Made by a program: the position numbers and the translations under genes | Shown here: positions 46,601 through 61,600 of the stretch, one piece after another | Layout: each line of letters begins with the position of its first letter | Numbering within the stretch: position 1 is the first letter of the stretch | Assembly: GCA_964035545.1 (NCBI GenBank) | Contig: OZ037765.1 | Location: 6,272,698 to 6,336,697 of the forward strand | Origin: Bugula neritina | Lineage: Eukaryota > Animalia > Bryozoa | DNA length: 64,000 nucleotides | Reading direction: 5' to 3' | Notes under the pieces: generated by a model | Seen by the model: the letters and a program-made list of their open reading frames with translations, nothing else | Database searches by the model: none | Told to the model about the DNA's origin: nothing

Positions 46601-49600
46601 CTGTACTGTACTATCTGTACTCTACTATCTGTACTATACTATCTGTACTGTACTATCTGTACTGTACTATCTGTACTATACTATCTGTACTATACTATCT
46701 GTACTGTACTATCTGTACTCTACTATCTGTACTATACTATCTGTACTGTACTATTTGTACTATACTATCTGTACTCTACTATCTGTACTGTACTTGAATA
46801 AAAAATGTGAGTAGAAATCATAGGACTCAATCACTGTGTTTCCATTACTTCCCATTATGTGGATGGCTCCTCGTACGGATGAATCTGTGGTTGCAGTTTG
46901 CATTAACTTATGGTTCTGGTTTTATTCGATGCAACTGTTTTCAAACACCGAATGAAAATACATTCAAATAATGCGAAGCTTGAAAACGCATTGAATATAA
47001 GTTATAATATTAATGTTGGATTTTTATATATTTTATGTTTGCTGCTCTTGTGGTAATGGCATTAGAATTGATTTTTGTGATAAAAGTTCTCTTGCATAGC
47101 ATGTTTTCTATCAAACCTATCTGCTAACTTCTTATTGTAATCAATGAACTAAAACTTAGTTCAATTATTTAAAACTTATAAAACTTATATAATAAAATAT
47201 AAAGCTTATAGTTCAATGATTGTAATTTGTAGCATCCTACTCTGTTTAATGAATATGTGAAAGTATTGAGTGAAGATGATGGTGTATTCTATAACCTGCC
47301 TCTTATCTCATGTCTACTCAAAGTTGCTGCCAAACTAAAGATTTCCCTCTCTCCTGAGTTGTTGGTAAGTCTCTGTACTACTGTGTGTAGCCGGGAGTTG
47401 TGTACTCATTTTTGTTGGTAGTTATGTGCTCCTCGATTCTTACTTGTTAGTTTCAATACTCAGAGTTTAATAAAGTAATAACGTGAATAAGAAACAAGAC
47501 AGCTGGCAAAACTATTGTTTTAGGAAAATACTAATTTTTTTATTGGTTTTCTTCTTTTTTTTCACAGCTCTTGTGTTTATGTTTTCTAGCATATATAACT
47601 GTTGTAGCTGTTGTACGCACTTCTTAGTCTTGGTTTTATTGTAATATTCTGTAAGTTTTAAAATCCGGTCATGTATAAGTTGGTTGCCATCCCATATATT
47701 TCATGGATCTTTTATTAGTGTTGCCTGATTTTAGGAAGTCTTGTTGAACTAATATTTCAATGTTTTAGTCAAAGTTGTTGGAGACCACAACAAAGTCACT
47801 GTTTGGATTGAAGTCAGTGCCTTCATCCTGGTACATGGTGAGATAAACTGCCAATATACTTTCAATTTTTGCTCACACATACTTTAATTACATGTATAAT
47901 AAATGTATGTAATTTTTTATAACTTCACAATTTCAACCTCTAGCTTGCTTATAATAACAAATTTAAGTGTTGAGTCTATCAGTTGCATGTTTTTGCTACC
48001 TCCAATGGTTTATCACTACACAGGAGAGCTGTTCATCCATAATGTCCAGTTTCACCCATGAGATGTTTACCTCAACCCTTCTTCCCACCATGAAACGGTT
48101 TATGCTGAGAACCCCTGAGCAAGCTTTATTTAGTAAGTTTTGTTGCTTTTCTATAGAAAATCTACGAATATTTTGATTGATTCTTGTATTTTATATTCAA
48201 AATTCTTAATGAATCTTCATTGCCATAGCATTCCGCTTCTTTATTTATTTATTTTGTTTTATTTTTTATTTTTATTTATTTATTTGGTCATGTTTTAACT
48301 CTTTTTACAGGCTCTACAATTTTTATGCATGTCGCTACATATATTTACCATTTAGTTTGTTTCTTTACAGTTATGTCGCCATTCATCAAACACTTGAGCA
48401 TTGATTTGAGCAAATATGCAATAGAAATAAGCAAACTTCTCGGTGGTAAGTATACACTTGTGTTCTATTTCCTGTTTAGCGTATGTACAGCGATTTCTTT
48501 TTCAGTATCTCTTCACTGTTGGCAATTTTACTGTGTATATTCAGAGCCGGCAATTCTTTTGTAGGTGAAGTTAAGTGCAAGCAGGAGGAAAGAAGGAAAG
48601 TTGCTGTGGAGACATTCAAATATCTAGCTCAGCATTGCAGCAATCCAGATGCAATTCTTGATGTTGTTAAATATTTATTTGGAGTACTGAAAGGTTTGTC
48701 AACACAGTAATGAATTTATATTATCAAACTATAGCGAGTTCTATATAAAGTAGTATTAGTTCTTTACTGGTCAATGTGGGTGCATGTGTAGAAATGTAAA
48801 TGCAATTTAATTGGTTGTTATGCAGGCTCAGAAGGGAAAGTTACAGTGCTGGCTGAGAGAATGGACGTGGTATGTGGAATAGGCAACCTAGCCAGCAACA
48901 CTGTGTCTGGAACACTCGCTATCAGTAGTATAACTTCAGAGGCCTTGTCACAGTTCACCGCAATACTGAATCAGGAAAACAATGAGGCTATGATACTGCA
49001 TGTCATTGGTGAACTCACCAAGTGGGTCAGCCTGCTGCCTGCTAGTGTGCCAGCTCAGCTAACAGACCGGCTAATGGTAGCTTATAGTTCCTTCCTATAA
49101 TGACCTCTGATATTCCTGTTGATAGATAATTACTAAATTTTATGACTGGGAATTTTTTATTCAATATACTTGAAGTAGCTTTTGTAGTAACTTGTGGAAT
49201 AAATAAACAAATCGCTCTTCATGTGTAAATATTAGTAAATGGAAATATGTTAGTATACAGCAATTAGAAATGTTACCCCTCATATTTTAATTTGAGTCAA
49301 TGTAGATTTAGCATTTACAACAATCTGTTGTAGTAATACAGGCATGACTCCTATCGTTTTAATCATGTTACTATTTTAAGTCGTCTTCCTTAAATGAGAG
49401 AAAAACCTGAATATTTCCTTTGCTCAAGCTTAACATTGCTCACTAGCTACTTTAGCTCTTACTTGTTCTCAGGTCATGACTTTTTTCCAAGTAATTTTAC
49501 TCATCAATCATGTTTGCGTGTTTTAGATAGGAGCTTCACCTAAAACTACCAGCTCTGCTGTCAGACAAGCCTACCTTGATTTAATGACCAGATGCTTCAA

Positions 49601-52600
49601 TAATGGTCAGTAAATATAATGTAATGTAAAAAGTAGATTTTACTTCCTTTCATGCTTGGAAAAATTACTTTAACCTCTGATGAGTCGCAGTAGCATGTAA
49701 AGTAGTCAGATGCCTTTTTTGTCAATCCAGCGCTTCGTGCCATTAGCACTTATCACTTCTAGACAACCAAGTCTTAGTCTGTCAGCTAAGAGTGGATAAC
49801 TCTGCCTTCAAGTCAAGAAATTTGAGTCACAACTGGTTGATTTGAGTTTATATATTTCAGCCGATGAGATGACATCCTTACAGAACTTTGAGTCATTGTT
49901 GACGTCTGCACTGAAAGCTGCCGCTGACCAGCCGTCACAAGTGCCGCTAGTCTGTGAAGCAATCTATGCTGCCGTCCTACTGCTTAGGCTAGACCGGCAT
50001 CAGATGCTAGGTATGTTTTGTAGAGAACATTTTTTTTAACAGTTACAGGATAATTTTTTAACTTTCGCAACAGAACTTTAGTAATTCGTGTTTTTTTAGG
50101 GAAGTTCCTTTTTGTTCGCTGATGTGTGCTAACATCAGATGTATCAAAGATTGATATGCTGATTTTTGCAGAAAACATTCTTCAACTTGTGAGGCACCTT
50201 TGAATCAGTCCTAATGCTGCTAGCTTTATGAAAGTTATGCTTTGTTTGTTTTGTTCTAATTAATCAGTTAGTTTTTGTTCTATTCAATTTATATAATTAA
50301 ACATTTGATTTGAATAGGGGACAGCGCAAAGGAGACTCTTTGGAAACTATTGCTAAATGAAGACAAACAGAGACTGTTTAACCAGAGGCTTTTAATATCG
50401 TCTTCTCCGGCTGCGTTGAGAGCTCTTAGCTCACTGTCCGAGGTTTTAGTCTTGCAACATCCTGAAAAGATGACTGATAGTCTAACTGATCACTATCTCC
50501 ATTGTTTGCTCTTCGTCTGCTGTCACCATGACTACAGCTTGCGGAGGTCTGGTCTGCAGTCTGTTCAAAAGATGGTGTCTGGGCTGGGTGGTATCACCTT
50601 CTTCCATTCCATGATAAGGATACTCGGTGATCTCCTCTCCCAGCAAAATTGGGACGAGGTTCGTTTATAAAGCATTCATTTGCAGATTGCCTTAAGAAAG
50701 TGACTTTGAAACTGCTGATAGTATTTCCTTTATATGAGCAGCATGATGAGTATTCCTAAAGTAGCAGACGACATAGAAGTATTTATATAGCTTCATTCTT
50801 ATTGGCATATACTTCAAAGTTGAATCATGACTGGCTTTGTATTACTAGAATTAGCTAATCCTTATTTTATTGTAACTTAATCTCACACATATCACTCAGT
50901 GGCTAAAGAGGAATACATTGAAGTGTTGACAGTTTACAAAACATAAAAACAAAAGTATAGGGAGTTTGAGGAATAAAGTCTATTGTTAGTGTAATAATAA
51001 AAATTACAACATGGAAGTTTCACATATCAAACTTGGTGCTTCATGTGTTTCAGTGCTTCTCAGTTACATTGATATTCACTTCAGTTCAATATTTTTTATT
51101 GCTAGATATTGGATGAGAATGTTGAGGAGAAGAATGTGGTGCTCACTGCTAAAGGTTTTTACGAGACTCTGCGCAAGGTCTGCTCCTTGAATACTAAAGA
51201 CAGCCAGGAGTTGGCGCAGGTGGCAGCTGCTGCCATCGTCCCCTCCCACCACCGTGCGATCAGTGAGTTTAGTCACATATACTTCATTTTATAGGCTTGA
51301 CTATGATATTAAAAAATTTATTTACAATTATGTCACTTTCGAAATTATTTTCACCTTTTTTATTGAAATAATGTAATTTTTCTTACTGTTTTGACTGTTT
51401 TTCATTTTCTTATTTTAGAATTATATGAAAAAGGCTTTTGGAATCGATTACTTAAAAGAAGCAAACTCTCAGGGGAAAAGTTTGTTGTACAAAACCTTGA
51501 CACCTTGCTTGCTCACCTGATAACCGTAGCACCATCAGATGCCCAAACTCTCGCACTAAAGGTAAGGTCATTGCAGAGCATATCAGTCGCATTTTTATAG
51601 CATCCTAAAAATAGAAAACTATTCTTTTTTATTTTGATAATGCTTATGAAACAACGCAGCAAAATTATCTATTATATAACTTTGCTTTAGTAATGTGTTT
51701 CATAGACATTTGTTTGACAATTAGAGCTTCGATTTTGACGTTGTAATGAGGGTTAATATAGTGATAGTTGTATTTGAAACCAATTATTTAAAATTATGAA
51801 CTTCAGGCAATAATACAGTTGAACGGAGTTTCTGTGGTGCCTGTTCTACTCTCTCAAGCTCAAACACTCCTTTCTAATGACGAACTGAAGAAAGTGACTT
51901 CAGAAGAGTACAATATCTCTTTGTGGCCGGAGGGAGAGCTTTATGATACTTCTGTTATCGAAAAGTGAGTCACTGGCACGTATAGTAATTAGTATTTTAC
52001 CAGAAATATGTTTTGCTCTTAGTTATTTGCTTGTTTTAACTCTATTCTTGTCTGTAGAAACAAGGAATCTTTAGATACAAGAAATATGAAGAGAGAAAAT
52101 AAACTTTACTCGTACCAAGATCAGCTTATGGAGATGGAACTTCGAAAGGTAATTGCTGTGGCGAAGATTAGTTTTATGATAGAACTGGTTTTCATTGTGC
52201 AAAATTCTTATCGTTGTTAGCTGATGACTAACAAAATTGCTTTATTGGTTTCTTCAGACAAACTTTTCAACTAATGATTAGTTGCATACATTCAAAGCCA
52301 TAAGACTTTCTAGGCTATAATAAAGTTGCGTTTATACCTTCACGATTTTCGGTCAAAATTTCAATTTGGCCGGGTTGAAATTTCTCCGAGTTGCATTGCA
52401 TTGTAAAAGCCACCCGTTGAAATTTTTGTACTGTGATAACTTAATCGGCCAATTTTAGAATAGGAGTAATAACTCCTTGTAAACATCGTTATTTAGTTAT
52501 TACTTTGGTGATTAGACAACGTACTTATACGGTTATAATTATATAGCCTACGCCTTCTCAATTATCGCTTTTATGCTTTCCGCTTCACTAATTCACGACG

Positions 52601-55600
52601 TTTACAAAGGGCATCAAATAGCTATTATGCGAGTCAAATTTTAAAATCAGAAAGTGAGCAACCGCATCAATATGATTTCAACGAGTTTAAGTTTGACTAT
52701 AAAGGGGTACCCGGAAAAGCATTATTAACTTAAACTCGGTACTTTTTTCAGCAGAGGTATAAACGCAACTTAAGTGTCTAGAAATTTGAATTGAACTATT
52801 TTTTGTATATGGAAACCATTCTCTGGGTTTTGAAACTATACATGCATATTTCACTGTTTGACAGCTATTTAAATTTATTCCAATTTGTGTCAGTCTGAAG
52901 CTGTTATTGTAGGAATTGGAGGCTAAAAGGAGAGCTGAAGGTAAACTCACAGAAAAGTTATCCAAAAAGCAAATTGACGCTAAGAAAGCACAGCTTGAAA
53001 TTGAAAGTGCCATCAGAGTTAAAGTTAATAAGGTAATGACCGTAGTTGTCTTTCCAAGTCTAATGTTTTCAACCATTTACATATATATATGGGCGAAGCT
53101 CTAGATTCTAGAGTCTAGAATGAATATAAAGCAAAGAATTATAGCTCAAACTAAATCGAAAGACGATGATTCCTAGAATTATTGCCTCAAGATAGTTTCA
53201 TGAATGTACTGAGAATTATTACACCAATATGAATATAGTAGTTTGAGAGCAGTTCATTCGTTCAAACTTTTTCTGTGAAAGTGAAATACATCTCAATTAC
53301 GCATCAAAATACATGAATATAAGTGTCAATGAAAGTCGTTTAGTGCTTTAAACCCACATGCAATGTTGAAAGTTAAAAATATATTCAATCAATGATTAGT
53401 TACGTCAAAATGAATGAATTGTAATTTATAGTTTCTATGGACAATCCTATATTTAAATTTTCAACCTTATAAGTTGCTAAAATACTGTTACAAAAATAGT
53501 TATTTCTATTTTAGTAACAGATGAGTTTCTCAAAACTTACTAATTAATGTTAGTTTAGTGGTAATTTATTTCAATTATATGGTGACGCTCAACGCCCCTT
53601 GGAGACCTCTTTTTTGAAATAGCATTTGTTTGCAGTGCCAATAAAACTAATGAATGGAAGAGCATTAGTGTTTTACTCATAGCATAATTGCAATGCTATC
53701 ATAATATATACTGCAATTTGATAGAGAATTCATATGAATTTCACTTGATAATTCAACATCTAAGCCGAAGGATGCGCCTTTACAGTGAAGAAAGTTTCGT
53801 TGTGAATTTTCATGTACAAACCGATATAGTTACAGTAAAGGCTAATCAAACATTCGCTGAAATTCTAACTGCATTTACAATATGCACTTGGCTTTTTGCT
53901 ACAACTTCAGATCATAGGTTTTTAAAGCGAACAATTGTTTCATACGTACCGGAAGATGCATCTACTGACGGAGTATATTTAACGCTGCTACCAAAATATC
54001 TGATCTATTCTGTCAACAATGATCTGGTTATTGGAATGGTGGTGGTAAGTTTTGTTGTCAATCACACATGTTTTAAATAAAGTGCCTAATTGTTGAAATT
54101 TTAAATTGTATTTTGCATTTTTATTGTGTGGTGCTTTCATGTTTTGTATTAATATCCGTAATTTGTACACAATGTTATGTTTTAGACTACAGATGGTTTG
54201 TGGCATCATGTATGTATTAACTGGAATAATGTTGGAATTGGCAAGATTTTCTTAGATGGCAAGCATTTGAAAAGCTCGTATAATGTAGCTCCTCGACTTG
54301 CTATTGCCAAAGGATCTTTATTTATTGGTCAATACCAATCTCTTAAAACGCCGTCGGATTTTAAACAATCATTTCATGGCCAAATCACAGAAATGCAAAT
54401 GTGGAAAAGTGATACTATAGACCCATCATCTGTAATGTGTTTTCATGGTGCTGAATATGATGATATGAGAATATTTACTTGGCATACTGGTTCAAAGCCT
54501 AACGTCATTATAGATAATCCTGAACCAAACAGTATAGTTTATATAGAGAAAATAAACATTACTAAAACAACATGTACTGCTATTACTTTAGGTAATCCTG
54601 AATCTTTTTTGCTGAAGAGTTTGCAGTACACTTCTCAAATGACAACCCTGCCAACAGCAAGTTTAAAAAGTCAGTTTTCTAATATTTCTACTTTGGCATC
54701 AATTTTGATAACATCACCTAAATCTGCTTCTTTTTGGTCAAAGGAGACAAACATGTTATCTGTAAATAATACTTCGATTTTAAATCACAATGATTCTTCA
54801 ACTCTAAAAACTCCTGTATTTCTGAATAATTTTTCGGAAAACTATGAAACTACGTCTGAAAAAAGTTCAATTCAGCTAAAACAGGAAATGCTGTCGCCTA
54901 CTTACAATGTTACTTTAAACAAAAACCAGACTGACCAAACTACATCATATTCACTATTAGATGCAAGTGTTTCAAATTCAACTAGTGCCCTCTACCCGAG
55001 TTCTCAAACTACTCCCCCTACTTCATCACCCACTTCTTCTAATCGTACTCACTATTACTCGGGTACAAATCCTTATAGCACGAAACCAGTGGTGAAGAAT
55101 GCATCAGTGATTCATAGCACTAATAGTTATACTAGCCTGTCGATTATTACCACTCAACCAAATGATGGGCAATATTCCAATAAAGAAAATATTGCTAAGT
55201 TACCATTGGACAAGTCCTGCAACTGTGTTTGCCCATCTGAAAAGCAAATCACTAATTATAGTTCTCGGCCACTTTCTACAACTGAGCCTGTCAGAATTCA
55301 CAAGCGCTTCATACCTAAGCTACCAAATCCTGCCACACCTGGTACTCCTGAAATTATTACACCAGTCATACCTCCCACAAAATACACACCTAAAGAATCT
55401 CCTGGAGCTGAATATGTTGGTACAATTTTTATAGTGTCTGTAAGTACAATATTTTTAGCTATTTTGGCGTCAGACTACACATATTTGGTTAGGTGGGGTC
55501 CAGTATTGCGAAAGAATTGGAATGCTTGTTTGAATTGCAAAAAATGCAGCAGGATTACTTACAAGGATTTGATAAAACGTAGATATTGGCGAAAGATGAG

Positions 55601-58600
55601 ACGGGCTAGTGTTCTACCCCAAGCCAATAGTGTTTGTGGAGTGTCATTGGTTGATCATGTCAACACAGATGAGATGGGATCTCCACATAATGACCCGGCT
55701 AACTTTAGTGATATTGTCAGCGTATATTCTGTCTAGCAATTATATTGTTCTGGTAATGTTAAGAACATTTTTGTTTTGTTAATATTTCATTCATTAATCT
55801 TATTGCAAATTTTTGCAGATTGCAAATTACCTTATTTGTAATGCTTAACTGGAACACTCATATTAATCTATTCAACAAGAAGACACACAGTGACATTAGA
55901 AAATTTAATAAGCTTTTACATTTGTCATAAAACGTAAGAAAAAATATATATTTCAAAACTAAAATGTATAGGACTGTTTTTCTAAAGTGCACCAAGGCAC
56001 TATTTTGATTGGTCATCATATGATGTATATTTTAACACACCCATTTGTCCGATGCACATCCACATAGGTATTCTTTTTATCAATGTAAAATTATAGCAGG
56101 TTGTTTTTTTCTAGCATATATATTTATATTGGTTACATGTCATCATATTTCATCAGAAGACAAAATAGGCTTGAAAACATCTGAAGATGTTGAAAAATTG
56201 TTTGTGTACAAATATTTGTTTAGTTTTGGGCAAAGTGTAAGATAATTTATAGTTTTAGATTTAATGGTTATTCAAATAAATGTCCTCATGTCTACTATAG
56301 CATATAAAATATAGTCCTTTAAAATTGCTATTGCCCATTATTTCTAGTGTGCAAACATCTATAAAGATTTCACAAAACTAATGATTTAACATAAAAACAA
56401 GGTGCCAAGTCATGTAACTGTTAACATAACTCATAGTCTTGTGTTTGAAAATAACAGGTTGAGACTAAGTTAGAAGACCAAAATTTACCTAAAAAAATAA
56501 ATATCTGATTTTACAATGTACTAACGAATATGAACTCTCATAGGTTAATTAAGTGAAAGCAGATTTATTATAATTAGCTGGTTAAAATATTCCTTTAGCC
56601 AGGATTTAAAATTGTTGGCTAAACATATTATTTTGTGAAAAACCATGAATGTGAATCTTAAATTTACAAATGTAGTATGTAATACAATATAAGGGAACCA
56701 CGAACAATAATTTGACACTATTAGTTTATTAGTTTTCAATATATTCAAGCTAATGAAAAAAATTCGTATAAATTTGAAATGATTTATTGTTATGATGCAT
56801 TGCAATCTAGGTCAGGCACCATTGCAACACATCTGTTCATTGGTTTACAAATTAAATGTAACTAAAACTACTGAGTACTGACCAATCAAATCTGATGTTA
56901 GTCTATCTAATTTCTACTGCACTTTATATATTGTCTCTACATGGCAACTGGTAAATACCATGCTTGGCATAAAAATGGATCTCAAGTGTGGTAAAAGCTA
57001 GAGTGCCATGCCCATGTACCCTGGTTTCACTTGGGTTTAGTGGTCAGAAAATATTATTCCTAAATATAATAAGTATTAATATTTTAGCTATGTGAATGTC
57101 TTGTCAACATTTAAACGTTGAGGTTTCAAATGTAATAAACATTGCAAAATATAAAGGAAAATAAATAACCCATTTGTGTTCAATGGCTTCTAAATTAATG
57201 TTTTTGGCAAATGCTATATATTGTTACAAGCAATGGAACAATATTGCATGCTATAATTACTTTCAATTAACTAGCATACATTGCATAACTTATGCTGTTT
57301 GTAGCTTGACCAGGATGCCAAGCAAGCAGCATACATGTTGTATAGTGCCTGTGACTCCAATGTGCCTTCCACTCAACACCTCCTCCCTGCAATCTGTGAC
57401 ACAGTGATCAATCTGTTATCCTACCCTGTGCCTGCTGCTCATCTCTTCAATGTGCTTATCAAAACCTTATCCAATGCACTTCCTGGTGATTTCCTAGGTA
57501 TTTTCCATTACTTGCATTACTATGCATTACTTGCAGTACTATGCATTACTTGCATTGATGGCCCATACTAGTATCAGTTCTTTATTTATGATTGAATTTT
57601 TTCATTTTGGTAGTCTCATGAAGTTTTCTGTTATATATTCAATTTACTTCCAGTTTGCTATCACTAAGCTATTTTTAGCATTAGAAAGTTGCAAAACATT
57701 ATTACTAAATTACATTTTTTCAACAAGGGCTTTTCCTACACATACAAGTGTTGTAAACTTGTATTTTAACCCACAGGGGAGTTAGTTGGAATCCTCACTC
57801 TAAGGGTGCACAATGCAGCATGTAAGTTGCCGTCTAATTGGTGTGAGGAGCCAGTAAATAAGCAACGAAACAGAGCCCTGAGCAGACTAGCTGCCGAGTC
57901 TCCCATGAGTGCTGCCGCATTCGCCTGCTGCTATCCCCTCCTCAAGCGTATTCTTAAGTCAGCGGAAATTGATGATTCACAACGTCTTGAAATTCTAAAA
58001 ATATTTGAGGTTCACGCTGAAATCAGGAGCGACTCGGACACGGTACGTATTGAATTAGCTTTTGTTAACTTCGCAGATATAAATTTTATTTTCAATTTAC
58101 TACCTGCAGTATTTAAAGTCGGGCTGTCATATCAAATTATGATATATTAAATTTGTTTTTTTTTACCAGGTTGCTTCACCAGAAATAGTCACCGAATCAC
58201 ATGTATGATTCCAAATCATCTCATATTTGCATGACATTTTCTAAGTTTATGTTTTTTATTGTTTGCTTGCATTATATTGGCTGTATGGTGTTGCTCTATA
58301 TGCTAATGTGCAAATAAATGCATGCAGTTTATTATTGGAATGCTATGAACTTTATTATAGCATGTCATGATAATATAAAATACTTCATTATTTATAGTGA
58401 AAGTTTGCTTTAGGAAATGCCTCCTCATTGTGTACTTAAGCTTTCGAAAACAACTTTGATGAGATTTGATTGTTTTATACTTGAAGGACGGACCAAGTAT
58501 ACTGCCAAGATGTGACATGCTGAAAGTGCTGCTGCACCTAGTGGACCAGGGAGCGCGTAAAGTCTCGAAGAAAGCAGCTGAAGTCGTTATAAAAGTGTGT

Positions 58601-61600
58601 GCCTGTGCGAGTGGTGATGACGGGTGCACCCTGGCGGAGCAAGATGAAATTGATGTTCTGCTGTCCACGTTGACTTGGGCTAACAATTCAGCCCGCCTTC
58701 TGTCTTTACAAGTATGTTTTCCTTTTGTAATTACACTAAGCGTGTCTGTTTTATTTGCTTATATAGCATTCTGTTTAGTTGCTGATTAGCTGATGTAAGC
58801 TTTATTAACTCTAATATTGATTGTATGAACTGTCAACAACATATAAACATGATAATTACTGTTTTTTAATGCTGTTGCGTTGATGATATGTGCTAAATAA
58901 ATCTGTGCATTTCATAACCTTTACTCAAGCTTGAATCTGCAATAGTTTAATTATACTGCCACTATATGTAATCTGTTGTGACACATGCATCTTTTTTTTG
59001 CTCTTGCCTTGTATCTTCTCTGTAACTCAAATTTCTTTTTAAAGCTCCAACATAGTGAACCGTAATTCTACTTAGATTAAAACTATTGCTTGAATTTTTC
59101 CTATTATGTTAATCGGCTTCCTTTCCTCACAGGGTATGGCTGAGATGTTGGATGCCCTACCCACTCCGGACACCGACCCAGAGCTGGGTAACGCGTTGAT
59201 GAAGAGACTCTGGATTGCGAGAGTCGACACGGATGAGCCGGTGCAGAAGGCAGCCGACAGGTATACTCACTTTCTAAATACTCTCATACTAGAGCTGGTG
59301 TCTTATTCTACCTTTCAATAATTCATTATCGGTCAGTAAACCTTAGCGATGTAGACAGTATACCCCTTTTACTAGTGGTGTAGGCAGTGTACCCCTTCCT
59401 TCTACTAGCTTTGGCATGGTATTCTGTATGCACCTGATGATATGGTGTCTTAGCATTGCCGACAGAGTATATAATGAGCTTGTTGTCTGTTGAAACTGGT
59501 TCTTATGTTGCATACTGTGAATTCAGAATTTGGGAAGACCTCGGCCTGGAGTTAGACCCTTCAATATGCGAGAGTGTGTTGATGGACGTGGTGAGTGACA
59601 TAGAATGTATCAGACACTCCGTGGCAGTGGCTGTCTGCAAGATACTGGAGCAGGATTCTAGCCATTTGGATGCTGTGCTGCAGTTGTCCATGAACATTTA
59701 TCAAGAGAGACTCTACGTAAGTTTTCATACTTTAACTTCATGAATTTTTTTTAGGTTTTTCAGAATTTTAATTTTTAATAGAATGAATTGCTTTTTTGCT
59801 GTCGACACATAGTCATTGGATTCTAGTTTATAATACAGACCTTTGTGATAATGCCAGTCTTCGTTCTGGTGATATATCAATGCCTCTCAATTATTACTAT
59901 TTAGCCTGTAAATGTCCTGCTATATTGAAATCTTGCTGTGTCAGTTACCTGTCACACACAGTATGTTGCTAGCTGGATAGAGTACACAATGCTTGCTTGC
60001 TTATTCAATTATCTGTTTATTGTATCTATGTTTGCAGAGAGCCCCACCTGTGTTGGATGATCTAGGAAGAGTAATAGAGGTGGAAGGTATTGACCAATGG
60101 AGAGCGAGGGAGGGAATAGCCATTCTCCTTAAACAAATAGCTCCTTTCCTGACACCAACCAACGTAGTGACTCTCATCAATTTCTACGTGCCAAATGCAT
60201 TACACGATAGAGATCATAGGGTTGCCGTGACGATGAGATCCGCAGCTGTCGAGTTGATAGAACATCATGGCAAAGTAATTTTAACTCACAGTTATTTAGA
60301 TCTTGTTGAACTATACTTTCTATATAGATAGGTATATATAATTTGATTGTGTGTTAACAGTATTTGTATAGTTTGATATCCCCAGCTTAATATTTTCAAA
60401 GTCAGTTCATTTTGTTATTGAAATGCTTTAATTAAGGCTTATTTCAGGTTTAGCACATAGAATTTTGTAAATTGATCCAATTCATTATTGCATTTAAAAA
60501 TAAATACATGTTATTTTGCTCTTTGCAGGCAAATGTGCAATCGCTGCTGCCAATACTTGAGCACACTTTGACTACGCTGCCAGACAGTGCTAGCTATGAC
60601 ATAGTTAAACTAGGTGTGGTGGTACTCATGGGAAACCTCGCTAAACATCTGGACAAGGAAGACCCGCGAGTGAAACCTATCGTAGCAAAACTAATATCAT
60701 CTTTATCAACTCCATCACAGCAGGTCTGTTTTGCTTTTGTTTATAAAACATCATTATTACTTACTACATTATTAAATGATGATGATAAAAATAATGAAAT
60801 AACCACTAGTTTTAATCAAAATCTCTCACCAAATTCCTTTCTCTTTTATTAAATGATCTTCATTGAAATAAGTGGTTATTTCTAATTTGTTATTATCTTT
60901 TAAAAAGATATCAGAAAAATTTTGAGTGCTCCTATTTAAAGGTGGTTAGTCGTACTCTTTACGCTCTGATTATTGACTCTGACAGGTGCAAGAAGCCGTA
61001 GCCAACTGCCTGCCACCTCTAGTCTCAGCCATCAAAGATGATGTCTCAGAATTGACCTCCAAACTGCTCCTGCTGCTCCTTTCCTCAGACAACTACGGGG
61101 AACGGAAAGGTGCTGCTTACGGGCTGGCTGGGCTGGTCAAAGGCAGCGGTATTCTGGCACTCAAGCAGCTGGATATCATGACCACTCTCACCACTGCTGT
61201 TCAGAATAAGAAGAATGCTAAGGAAAGAGAAGGTATTCAGAATATAGCATAGTATAGTTGTAGCACAATGTGGAGATATGTAATTGTAGCACAATGTGGC
61301 GACATTTTGACCAAAGAAAGTCAATATATATTGAAGGCTGTCATTTTATCACTTGCTGGCATAACGTTATTTCATGAGGCAATGGAGATTATAAATCATA
61401 TTTTTGGTGATAATCAACTTTACTGTCTAATAATTGAGAGGCAGTTTTTCTTGATGCTGACAGATTACTCTCCTGGTGTATATTGAGTTGATCTGACTGT
61501 GCAGGTGCCCTCTTTGCCTTCGAGATGCTGTCTATGATGCTGGGGAGGCTGTTTGAGCCGTACATTGTGCATGTGCTGCCGCACTTGCTGCTCTGCTTTG

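Noticed and set aside
46112-46801. 229-aa and 175-aa Cys/Tyr/Leu-rich ORFs
   Set aside because: Translations of the 14-bp tandem repeat; the real GCN1 exon ends at the donor at 46305.
50690-50830. ATGATGA box-C-like motif suggesting an intronic snoRNA
   Set aside because: No properly placed box D with terminal stem or recognisable rRNA guide; would need snoscan/Infernal.
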